The notes under the pieces: model-generated
What the model was told of the DNA's origin: nothing
Database searches by the model: none
Seen by the model: the letters and a program-made list of their open reading frames with translations, nothing else
Part shown: piece after piece, positions 15,350 to 27,258 of the stretch
How the letters are laid out: each line of letters opens with the position of its first letter
Numbering within the stretch: position 1 is the first letter of the stretch
Assembly: GCF_006345805.1 (NCBI RefSeq)
Contig: NC_043003.1
Location: 89,342,001 to 89,406,000 of the forward strand
Reading direction: 5' to 3'
From: Octopus sinensis
Lineage: Eukaryota
Length of the DNA stretch: 64,000 nucleotides
Made by a program: the position numbers and the translations under genes

Positions 15350-16707
15350 CATATATATACATACATACATATATATACATACATACATATATATACATAC
15401 ATATACATATATATGTATACATACATATACGTGTGTGTGTGTATGCGTGTGTGTGCGTATGCGTGTGTGTGCGTGTGCGTGTGTGTGCGTGTGTGTGTAT
15501 GCGTGTGTGTGTGTATGCGTGTGTGTGTGTATGCGTGTGTGTGTGTATGCGTGTGTGTGTATATGCGTGTGTGTGTATATGCGTGTGTGTGTATATGCGT
15601 GTGTGTGTATATATATGTGTGTTTATATATATGTGTGTGTATATATATATGTATATATATGTATATATATGTGTATATATATGTGTATATATATGTGTAT
15701 ATATATGTATATGTATATATGTGTATGTATATATGTGTATGTATATATGTATATGTGTATATATGTATATGTGTATATATGTATATGTGTATATATATAT
15801 GTGTATATATGTATATGTGTATATATGTATATGTGTATATATATATGTGTATATATGTATATGTATATATATATGTATATATATGTGTGTATATATATGT
15901 GTGTATATATATGTGTGTATATATATGTGTGTATATATATGTGTGTATATATATATGTGTGTATATATATGTGTGTGTATATATATGTGTGTGTATATAT
16001 GTGTGTGTATATATATGTGTATATATATATATGTGTATATATATATGTGTATATATATATGTGTATATATATATATGTGTATACATATATGTGTATACGT
16101 ATATGTGTATACGTATATGTGTATACGTATATGTGTATACGTATGTGTGTATACGTATGTGTGTATACGTATGTGTGTATACGTATGTGTGTATACGTAT
16201 GTGTGTATACGTATGTGTGTATACGTATGTGTGTATACGTATGTATGTATACGTATGTATGTATACGTATGTATGTATATGTATGTATGTATATGTATGT
16301 ATATATATATGTATGTATATATATATGTATGTATGTATATATATATGTATGTATATATGTGTATATATATGTGTATATATATGTGTATATATATGTGTGT
16401 ATGTTATATAGATATGTTATGTATATATATATGTATGTATTATATATATGTATGTATATATATATGTATGTCTACTATATGTATGTATGTATATATATAT
16501 ATGTATGTATATATACGTATGTATGTATATATCTGTAGGTATATATGTAGGTATATATGTATGTATATATTATGTATATATATATAGTATGTATATATGT
16601 ATGTATATATATATATGTATGTATATATGTATGTATATATATATATATGTATGTATATATATAATGTATGTATATTATATATATGTATGTATTATATATA
16701 TGTATGT

Positions 16708-16743
<36 letters not shown>

Positions 16744-16983
16744 TGTATGTATATATATATATATATTGTATGTATATATATATATATGTATGTGTATATA
16801 TATATATATGTATGTGTATATATATATATAGTATGTTATATAATATAATTATGTATATATATATATATATGTATGTATATATATATATATGTATGTAATA
16901 TATATTATATTATGTATGTATAATTATATATAATGATATGTATTATATATATATATGTATGTATGTATATATATCTATGGATG

Positions 16984-17016
<33 letters not shown>

Positions 17017-17832
17017 ATATATATATGTATGTATATTATATATATGTATGTATATATATATATGTATGTATATATATATATGTATGTATGTATATATATG
17101 TATGTATGTATATATATGTATGTATGTATATATATGTATGTATGTATATATATATATATATGTATGTATATATATATATATGTATGTATATATATATGTG
17201 TATGTATATATATATATGTGTATGTATATATATATATTGTGTATGTATATATATATATATGTGTATGTATATATATATATGTGTATGTATATATATATGT
17301 GTATGTATATATATATGTGTATGTATATATATATGTGTATGTATATATATATATGTGTATGTATATATATATATATATGTATGTATATATATATATATGT
17401 ATGTATATATATATATGTGTATGTATATATATATATGTGTATGTATATATATATATGTATATGTATGTATATATATATATGTGTATGTATGTTTATATAT
17501 CTATGTATGTACATATATGTATGTATGTATATATATGTACGTATATATATATATATGTGTATGTATTATATATATTTTTTATGTATGTATATATATGTAT
17601 GTCTGTTATAATGTATGTATGTATATATATGTATGTTTATATATGTATGTATATATATATATTATATTATGTATATATATATATATGTATGTATATATAT
17701 TATATGTATGTATATATATATATATGTCTGTATATATTATATATGTATGTATATATATATATATATGTAGTCTATATATATATGTGTTTATATATATTAT
17801 ATATATAATATGTAGTATATATGTATATATAT
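12125..17832. repeat. Compound TA/TATG/GT/GTGC microsatellite array of ~5.7 kb with an internally duplicated block
   Basis: Alternating purine-pyrimidine units. The (GTGTGTATGC)n to (GTGTATACGTAT)n succession occurs at ~12750-13810 and again at ~15430-16270. Confidence 0.96.
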
Positions 17833-19267
17833 GTCATGGAACGAATAGTCAGAAGGAAACTAATCACCTTCCTTGAAGAAAATGACTTGCTGCCTGACAC
17901 CCAACATGGTTTCCGACCAGGAAGAAGCTGTGTAATTCAGCTCCTACAACACTATGACTGGGTGCTGAAACAACTGCTCAACCCCTCAAATGTGGAAGTC
18001 ATTTATCTCGACTTTGCAAAGGCCTTTGATAAAGTCGATCATGGAATGATGTGTCACAAACTGCGTGATCTTGGCACAGTTGGAAAATTGGGAGAATGGC
18101 TTCATGACTTTCTGAAGAATTGAAGTCAGGTGGTAGCAGCCAATGGGGCCACTTCCATTAACACACAAATAGTGAGCGGTGTTCCGCAGGGCACTGTTTT
18201 GGGACTACTGTTCATAATGGCCCTCTCAGACATGCCCTCAGCCACACAGAGAGCCACAATCACAAGTTATGCAGATGATACAAAAGTTTTACAGGCAATA
18301 CAGAACACTGAAGACACTAAACACCTGCAATGTGAGCTGGACAAAATATACAAGTGGGCTGAAAAGAATAGCATGCAGTTCAATGCTGAAAAGTTTCAAG
18401 CTTTATACTATCAGCATGCAAAACTGAACGCAACACCCAATGAATACACTGGACCCGGAGGGATTGCAATCCCAGAGGCACAATCAGTGCGTGACCTGGG
18501 TATTCACATGTGTCATGACGCGACCTTTCATGTACATGTTGCTAAACTGGCAATAAAATGTAGACGGCTGGCTGGATGGATTCTTAGAACCTTTAGAACA
18601 AGAGAACAAGAAACCATGATGGTCCTCTGGAGGACACTTGTCCTAAGCCACTTTGACTATTGCTCTCAGTTATGGTCACCATCCAGTGTCAAGTTGATCA
18701 CAGAGCTCGAGGCGATCCAGCGTAGCTACACGAAGAAGATAGCCTCTATGCAGAATGTAAGCTACTGGGAAAGACTCAAGAGATTAAAACTATATTCCTT
18801 GGAGCGTAGGCGGGAAAGATATGCCATAATATACATCTGGAAGATCCTGGAGGGACGTGTCCCAAACTTTGGCATCGAGAGTTACACAAATGCCAGAACT
18901 TGGCGCCACTGTGTGGTGCCTAGGACTCCAAATTTGCCATCAAGATGTAGGACAAGATACTGTGATAGCCTGGGCTTCCGTGGCCCACAGCTCTTCAATA
19001 TCTCCCCGAAGAACCTGAGAGACCTGCATGGGGTGGATGCAGATGTCTTTAAAATGGAACTGGATCTCTTCCTGTCAGGTGTCCCAGATGAACCAACTTC
19101 ACGGCAGGAGGTGCAGATGAGGGCAGCTGCATTGAACTCTCTCATGCACCAAATGGCAGTTGCTAAAAAGCTTTTGTGAAGTAAAACCAAGTAGCAACAC
19201 CAAATGGTGGTGCCCCAGCATGGCCACAGCTCATGAGCTGAAACTAGAATCAATCAATCAATCAATC
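17833..19267 (+). mobile_element. CR1-like LINE, 5'-truncated, near-intact RT and 3' end with (AATC)n tail
   Basis: ORFs 17821-18123 and 18130-19179 are in one frame split by a single TGA. Motifs DFAKAFDKVDHG, SGVPQGTVLG, YADDT and DYCSQLWSP; the 3' UTR ends in (AATC)5. Confidence 0.95.
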
Positions 19268-19300
<33 letters not shown>

Positions 19301-19396
19301 CATATATATATGGGTGAAAAGGAACACACGAGTTGATATATATGAAAAAACAAGTCAAAAATAGAAAATGCTAAAATAATTTTATAGTGAACATTT

Positions 19397-19434
19397 CAGT
19401 ACCGGTTTCGGTCATTTTGAGACCTTTTCAACTG
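19397..19434 (-). ncRNA. Minimal type I hammerhead ribozyme, U3:A8 core variant
   Basis: Minus strand CAG-UUGAAAA-GGUC-ucaaaau-GACC-GAAA-CCGG-UA-CUG: stem I CAG/CUG, 4-bp stem II, palindromic stem III, GUA triplet. Confidence 0.75.
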
Positions 19435-19779
19435 TAACGATTAAATAATTAAATTTATAAAAATTGGAAGAAAAGTTTTTTTAAAGGAATATTTCTATAG
19501 TAGTGTTCAGATATAAGTAGCATTCTGCCTTTCTCTGACTCCCTTGTTTGCACTTGTGTGTTGGAGTTCTTGGTAGGGTAGTAGAGGAAGAAGGCTGATG
19601 AGGAAAGGGGGTGGGAGAATCTGGGAGTACCCTGATGGTCGTATTTTGAATGGTCAGTGGCGGCTGGCAGTCGCAGTTCAATTCAGGAGAATATTTCTAT
19701 TGAAAGGCTTGTTTATAGAATTTGCGTAGGTGTTATACTAAAAAACATTAGTGACAAAGTTAAGGGGTAGAAGGTGGAG

Positions 19780-19930
19780 AAGTAGAAGAAGAAGATGACG
19801 ATGTTGATGATGATGATGAAGAAGAAGAAGGAGAAGGAGAAGATGACGATAATGGTGATGGTTATGACGACGATGATGATGATAATGATGATGATGAAGA
19901 AGAAGAGGAAGAAGAAGAAAGAAACAGAGA
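19780..19930. repeat. (GAT)n/(GAA)n trinucleotide tract in the PLE 1 3' region
   Basis: Direct reading of the sequence. Confidence 0.9.
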
Positions 19931-22900
19931 AGGGAGAATATGAATGGGTTAAAGTAGTGAGGTGTTGTATGACTTGCTGTGATTTTAGCTGTGATTAGTA
20001 ATGGATTCTTTGGAATGTAATATTTGTGTGTGAATATTTCTTTTATTCTAAAGTTGAGGTATATTAATTGTTTGTCGTAGACCCGTTAAGAAGTGGCCTG
20101 TATTTTGCAATAAAGAGAGTTTCTTTACTTATTCGTTGTCTCGAGGTTGTATCGTCCCTAAATTGGTAGAGGGGAAAATCCTGAAGCTTGCTGTTTTTTT
20201 GTTGGCGCAAGTATCTATGTGTTGGCTAAAAGCTATTTTTCTGTTTTTGGGAATTTTTATCTGGGATCTGTGCAGGCCATTCGTTTACGCAAACTATTTT
20301 TTGTTTGGCCTATGTACTGCTCTTGACACCCGGAGCAGGTTAGTGAGTATATTAGGTTCTCCGAAGCACATGTGAAGTTGCTTTTCACTGTAAACCGTTA
20401 TCCCTGTTTGAAGGAGAACTCTGATCCCTCAATTAGATAGTCGCATATCCCTCAATTGGGTCTTCCACATTTTTTTACTGTCGGCTTCTGTGTTGAAGAG
20501 TGAATTCGGGCTTGTGTTAGGAGACTTTTCATGGATTTAGGCTGTCTCTCTTGCTTTTTGATCGTGTGTGTTTGGAGGATTGTGTTCATTCTGTGGTCTT
20601 TTTTTAGGAGGGGTATGTTGTGGAGGATGGTGCCGAAGGCTTCGTTATTGAGAGGGTTGTGTGTGGAGATGTATGGTAAGGCTTTGGTTGTATTTTTTCT
20701 TTGATTTGGGATGTCTCAGTTCCTTGATGTTAAGTTGAAGGGCACGTTGAATGCACTTGTCAATAAGTGAAGGTGGATAGTTCCTGGTGATAAGGGTCTT
20801 TTAGTCTTGTAGTCGTGTGTCTCTGGTGTTTGCGTTCGAGACTATAGTGCATATCCTTTTTGCTAGGTTAAGGGGATATTCATCCTGGTGTGTCTGGGTG
20901 GCATGAATTGAATGGAAGATATTGCTTAGAGTCTGTAGGCTTATAGTATATGTGTCTGTTTCTATTATATTATTAGCTTTCTTAATGAGGATATCGAGGA
21001 AGGGGAGTTGTTGCTGGCTATATTCCATCGTGAATTGGATGTTTACGTCCAGTCCGTTTAAAATTTCCTGGAATCTATGATTTTTTCTATATTTTTATGC
21101 CAAAGGATGAAACAGTCATCTAGATATCTCTTCCAGTTGTTTTCTATGTAGATGGAGAAAGGGCTGCCATATCTTTCTAGAACCTTACGATACAGACTGA
21201 TCTCTAGATATCCTATGACTAGGTTGGCAAAGGAGGGGGCCATTCGTGTACCCATCGCAGTCCCAGATTTTTTTCGTTAAAGTTGTCATTGAAGGCGAAG
21301 AAGTTATTTTTCCAGGATGAATTTAACCCCTTCTATCACGAATTCTTTTTTGATGCGATGTGGTAGTTCGTTGGCGTGATTTTCTACCCAGAATTGGATT
21401 GCCTCTAGTCCTAGGTTGTGGGGGATTTGGAGTAGAGGTTGACTACATCGAAGGATACCAGTATGGTTGTTTTTGTTTATAGTATTCGGTAGGTGATTGA
21501 GCATATCTAGTCGTCCTTATATAGCTTTTGACATGTTTTAGGAGTGGTTTTAACAGGGTGTCTAAAAAGTTACTGAGGCGGTGGGTTTTCGCATGCGGAC
21601 CTGCTATTATGGGTCTCAATTTGAGGTCATTAGGATAGGGACTTTAATTATTTTGTCTGTAGCTATCTTGCATGCGTTGCTTTTTTCTCACTTTTGGATC
21701 TTAGGTATACCGTAGAATTGGCTGGTTTTGCTTGTGAATTGGTCATATAATCATATTCTTTGTCGGTGAGCCCTGCTTTGTATGGTTTAATATGGATTTT
21801 AGTTTCCCTCATTATTTTTTGTTGACTGTAGTTTTGTGCCTTTTCATAGTATGTTGTGTCTTCCAGCATAGAAAGTACCAAAGTTATGTAAAATGTCATA
21901 ATCCATAAGACAACAGCACTCCCTTTATCGCGCTCTTTGATTGTTATTGTTTTATCTAGTTTTAATTTGTTCACTCAGCCCCTTCTTTTTTGCTGAAGTT
22001 TTGTTTTGTGTTTTGGTTTTGTGCATATGTTGATATGGGGAATTTGATATGTGGTCTCGGAAATCATCAGTGTTTTGGTTCTTACCTTTCGAGGGGGTGT
22101 AGTTACTCCTATTCGTCTCATTGTATTTATCGTATAGCTCTCAGTAAGTCTTAATTTTCTGCAGAATTCTACGATGTCTTCTTTCATTTCATTGTAGTTG
22201 GGGTGTGTGGGGTGGGTGTAAACTTGAGTCCTTTGGAAAGTATGTTTATTTTTGGTTTGCTGTTAGTTCCTTGTGAGTTAGATTGATAATTTTTATTACT
22301 TTTTGGTTCCTCCTGCTTGTTTGGTGCTATCTTGTGTCTCTGTGTTTGCGTATTAGGTCTAAAAAATGAATGCGGTGGTTGGGACGGTAGCTAGTATATA
22401 GTTGTTCTTTGTTGATGTGGGGTCTCCTGTTGTGATTTATGGTGTGTGTTCTTGGAGCAGTATTGAGGAGAGCATCCCGATATCCCATATTCGGGTGTGG
22501 TGTTCTAGGAGGCCTTCGTTGGTAATCATTGCAAGTGGTGTGGGTTTTGTTGTGCATGGTTGTTTAAAACCGGTTGATGGACGAAGATTCGTTGTGTAAC
22601 TTCTTTGGTGGGGATAAGGTTGCAGTGTCTATGCTGTGGTGTTGATTTATTCTTTCTCTGCTTGAAGTGGGGGTATTCTGATATTGTATCGCTGGCTGCT
22701 TACAGAGTTAGGGTTAGGTCCTGTATTCTTTTTTGATAGTAGTGAAGGTTCCGATTTTTAGACAGGTGTGTATCGGTGTTTGGGTGTTGTTTTGGTTTTC
22801 TTATTTTCTGGAAAGGGTTGTTGGAGGCGTGTTCTGTTTGAAAGACGGCTTCATAGTCTGAGAACCAAGTGGCGCTTTTCTCCCAGCGTTGGAGAGATTT

Positions 22901-23172
22901 TAGTTCTTCTTTTTCGCAGTCCTCTTTCCATAGTTTAGAAAGAACTTCTCTTGATCTGGGCCTTGGGTCATTTTGCGAATTTCTTCGTTGATATCTTCAT
23001 CAGTGGATTTTATTTTATCCTCATTCGTTTGGGCCCACAATTTCAGAAGTTCTATTTCCATTTTCATTTTTTCCAGTGCCATTCTCTCCCTGAGGTGTTT
23101 TTGTGTTTCAGGTTCTTCTGTAATAGCTTTGAACTGAATTTACGTGGTAGGATTAACGGGGTCCGGTTGAGC

Positions 23173-23190
23173 CATATATATATAATGTGT

Positions 23191-23241
<51 letters not shown>

Positions 23242-23259
23242 GTGTGTGTGTGTGTATAC

Positions 23260-23293
<34 letters not shown>

Positions 23294-23501
23294 ATACATA
23301 TATATATATATATGTATATATATATGTTATATATATTATATATGTATATATATATATATATGTATACATATATATATATGATATATATATATATTGTTAT
23401 ACATATATATATATATATATGTGTATACATATTATATATATATATATGTGTCATCATCATCATCATCATCATCGTTTAGCGTCCGTTTTCCATGCTCTAG
23501 C

Positions 23502-23535
<34 letters not shown>

Positions 23536-23669
23536 AATATATATATATATATATGTGTGTATAATATATATTGTGTATATATATATATATATGTGTGTAA
23601 TATATATATATATATATGTGTATATATATATATATATATATGTGTATAATATATATATATATCTATATG

Positions 23670-23704
<35 letters not shown>

Positions 23705-24017
23705 GTGTATATATATATATATGTGTATATATATATATATATGTGTATATATATATATATTGTATATATAATATTATGTGTATATATGTATATGTGTATA
23801 TATATATATATGTGTGTATATATATAATGTGTATATGTGTATATTATATATATGTGTATATATATATATGTGTAATATATATGTGTATATATATATATGT
23901 ATATTATATATATTATGTGTATATATATATATATATATGTGTATATATATATATGTGTATATATATATATATATATGTGTGTATATATATATATATGTGT
24001 GTATATATATATATATA

Positions 24018-24057
<40 letters not shown>

Positions 24058-24232
24058 ATATATATATATATGTGTATATATATATATATATGTGTATATA
24101 TATATATATATTATAATATATATATTATGTGTATATATATATATTATATATGTGTATATATATATATATATTATATGTGTATAATATATATTATAATATA
24201 TGTGTATATACATTAATATATAATATAATATA
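23173..24232. repeat. (TA)n/(TATGTG)n microsatellite containing a ~50-bp RTE tail at ~23449-23500
   Basis: Direct reading; (CAT)n-CGTTTAGCGTCCGTTTTCCATGC matches the RTE 3' terminus. Confidence 0.93.
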
Positions 24233-24234
24233 GA

Positions 24235-24990
24235 TATAGGGAGAGTTTACGAAGACAGGTGGTGTATAAAACAAACAGATGTATTAGTATAGATTCAGGA
24301 ATAGAAAAAGTTATTTACGTTTCGAGCCTACGCACCTCTACAGAAAGGGACACAGAAAGCAAGGAGAGGAAAAAATTGTGTGTAGTGGCTAATATTACAA
24401 AGTGAAGTTGTAAGGTACTGCACGAGTGGAATTATATATGAAAGGTTTGAAAATGCAATTTTAAAAGATGTTTATTCACTTGACCGGTTTCACTTTTTTA
24501 GAAAACGATTGTCAAAAGTAACATGTAAAAGCTTTGTTGTGTTAGGTACTGGTTGTCACAGAATATTACAATACATATATACATTGTTTGATAATAATAA
24601 GAAAATGTTAAAATCCGTTTACAGAAAAAATCTTGAGAAATTATTAAAAAGTTCATAAAAAATATTAAGATTTCTTTAGAAATCATGTTTGTTCGGAAGT
24701 ATCTATATATATATACACAGAAATTTACAAGTTCAAAAAGGTCATATTTTGGTAATATATATATATATACACAGAAGGAGATATATTTAGTTTACAAAGA
24801 ATTTGGGATGAACTGACCTGTTTCACCATTCTATCATAAAAGACTGTTTTTTATTTCAAGGAGCAGTGTGGGAGGTTTGTTTGGGTGGGGGGAAGGAAGA
24901 GCAATTTGGAATTGAAAAGAAGTTTTTGTTTCTCTTTCAAGGTTCAGTGGTTTTGGGGATCGGTCTTTTGAGGTCAGAATGGTGTGATTG
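24235..24990 (-). mobile_element. Probable Penelope-like terminal-repeat (pLTR) relics
   Basis: Two hammerhead-like motifs (24311-24348 and 24478-24519) in AT-rich sequence resembling the PLE 1 3' region; no ORF support. Confidence 0.45.
24478..24519 (-). ncRNA. Degenerate type I hammerhead motif with U3:A8 core and GUC triplet
   Basis: Minus strand ACUU-UUGACAA-UCGUUUUCUAAAAAAGU-GAAA-CCGG-UC-AAGU; stem II has two mismatches. Confidence 0.55.
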
Positions 24991-25005
24991 TGTGTGTCTG
25001 TGTGT

Positions 25006-27258
25006 CATCATCATCATCATCGTTTAACATCCGCTTTCCATGCTAGCATGGGTTGGACGATTTTGACAGGGCTGGCGAACCAGATGGCTGCACCAGGCTC
25101 CAGTCTTGATTTGGCAGAGTTTCTACAGCTGGATGCCCTTCCTAACGCCAACCACTCCGAGAGTGTAGTGGATGCTTTTACATGCCACCTGCACGGGGGC
25201 CAGTCAGGCGGTATTGGCAATGACCTCACTCGAATCCTTTTATACATGCCACCAGCACAGGTGCCAGAAGGCAATTTTGGTAACGATCACGCTCAAATGG
25301 TGCCCTTTTACATGCCCACTGGCATGGAAGCCAGTTGGCTGCTCTGGCAACGATCATGCTCGGATGGTGCTCTTGGCACCCTACTAGCATGGGCACAAGT
25401 GCCAGTAAGGCGACGCTGGTAATGATCACAATCGAATGGTGCCCTTTAAGTGCCACTGGTATGGAAGTCGGTTAGCCGCTGTCAATAATCAAGCTCGTAT
25501 GGTGCTCCTTGCACCCTGCTAGCACAGACGCCAGTCATCGAATTTGATTTTGCTTTTGATTGGTTGATTGATTTCACTTGCCTCAACAGTCTTCGCAAGC
25601 AGAGTTTCAGTGTCCCAAGGAGGAAAAGGTACGCATAAGTGGGCTGGTTACACCCCTGGCATAGGCCATGAGATTATGGTTTCATTTGGCTTGCCTGGTC
25701 TTCTCACGCACGGCATAATTCCAAAGGTCTCGGTTACTAGTCATTGCCTTGGTGCGGCCTAAAGTTCGAAGGTTGTGCTTCACCACTTCATCCCAGGTCT
25801 TCCTGGGTCTACCTCTTCCACAGGTTCCCTCAACCGCTAGGGTGTGGCACTTTTTCCCACAGCTGTCCTCGTCCATTCTTGCCACATGACCATACCAGCG
25901 CAGTCGTCTCTCTTGCACACCACATCTGATGCTTCTTAGGTCCAACATTTCTATCAAGGTACCTACACTCTGTCGAGTATACACACTGACATTACACATC
26001 CATCGGATCATACTGGCTTCATTCCTTGCATGCTTACGCATGTCCTCAGCAGTCACAGCCCATGTTTCACTGCCATGTAGCATGGCTGTTCATACAAATG
26101 CGTCATACAGTCTACCTTTTACTCTGAGCGAGAGGCCCTTTGTCACCAGCAGAGGTAAGAGCTCTCTGAACTTCGCCCAAGCTATTCTTATTCTAGCAGC
26201 TACACTTTCAGTGCATCCTCCCCCGCTACTGACTTGGTCACCTAGGTAACGGAAGCTATCAACTACTTCTAGTTTTTCTCCCTGGTATGTGGCGGAAGTT
26301 GTTCTTTGCACATCTTCAGTGTTTATTGCTCCTGAGCATCTACCACATACAAAAACTATCTTCCCAGTTAGCCTTCCTTTGATATTGCTGCATCTCTTAT
26401 GTGTCCATTATCTTACACTAGGTACATCTTATAGAGTTTCTACCGATCGAGTAGGGCCATCTACCTGAAGGCATTTGTGGTTTGTCTGCCTACCTACTTA
26501 TTAAGACTTTGGTTTTAGCTACATTGACTCTAAGGCCCTTTGATTCTAATCTTTGCTTCCACACCTGAAACTTCTCCTCTAGTTCTCATAGTGACTCAAC
26601 AATTAGGGCAAGGTCATCAGCGTAGAGGAGCTCCCAGGGGCATTCTGTCTTGAATTCATCTGTTATTTCCTGGAGGACTATGATAAATAGGAGGAGGCTG
26701 AGGACTGAACCTTGGTGGACCCCCTACTCCTACCTGGAATTCTTCACTATATTCATTGCCAACGCTCACCTTACTGACAGCGTCCCTGTACATGGCTTGC
26801 ACAGCTCTCACTAACCATTCATCTATGCCTAGTTTCCACATTGACCACCAGACATGGGATTGGGGGACCCTGTCAAAGGCTTTCTCCATGTCAACAATAG
26901 CCAAGTACAGTGGTTTATCTTTGGCTAGGTATTTCTCCTGCAGCTGTCTTACCAGAAATATAGCATCAGTGGTGCTTTTCCTTGGCTTAACCCTGATCCT
27001 GAAGTCACTAACTACTAGTCTATGTTGTGGAGTACATTCTTCGCCTTGGAAGGTTTTGGCATTTATAAGCAGCCATCTTTCCCTTTTTCTGGTGAGGATG
27101 TAGTCAATTTGGCTAGTTTGTTTGCCAGAACGGTAGGTTACTTGGTGACTGGCAGGTTTCCTGAAGTTAGTATTGCAAACCATAAGGTCATTTGCATCGC
27201 AGAACTCCAGCAGCCTGGTTTCCTCCTCATTGCGAGAACCAAAACCGTACCAAACTCT
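25006..27258 (-). mobile_element. RTE LINE with an internal in-frame deletion and (GAT)n tail
   Basis: Endonuclease remnant (LLEFCDANDLMVCNTNF, QIDYIL, TPQHRLVV) fused directly to RT (KSTTDAIFLVRQLQEKY); C-terminal LRWYGHV and GRGRPRKTW; tail at 25006. Confidence 0.93.

Larger units (their letters stand above)
19311..23172 (-). mobile_element. Penelope-like element 1 (RT plus C-terminal GIY-YIG, Neptune/Poseidon-like), frameshifted
   Basis: Minus-strand remnants GTAMGTRMAPSFANL, WKRYLDDCFILW, QQLPFLDILI and TDTYT, and a C-terminal LIYSITC..C.EQYIGQT-like endonuclease. The 3' region carries a hammerhead motif. The subclade call is tentative. Confidence 0.88.

Noticed and set aside
18121-18123. 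In-frame TGA in the LINE RT as selenocysteine or programmed readthrough
   Set aside because: The position fits an Arg codon (KN-R-SQ), so a single nonsense mutation is the simpler explanation; no SECIS was identified.
272-24232. Dozens of long ORFs (up to 693 aa) rich in Y/I/M/V/C/H/T
   Set aside because: They are translations of TA/TATG/GT microsatellites, which lack stop codons in several frames; there is no protein-like complexity.
24311-24348. Third hammerhead-like motif (minus strand CUUU-CUGUAGAG-GUGC-guag-GCUC-GAAA-CG-UA)
   Set aside because: The core does not fit CUGANGA or UUGANAA spacing and stems I and II are mismatched; at best a decayed relic.
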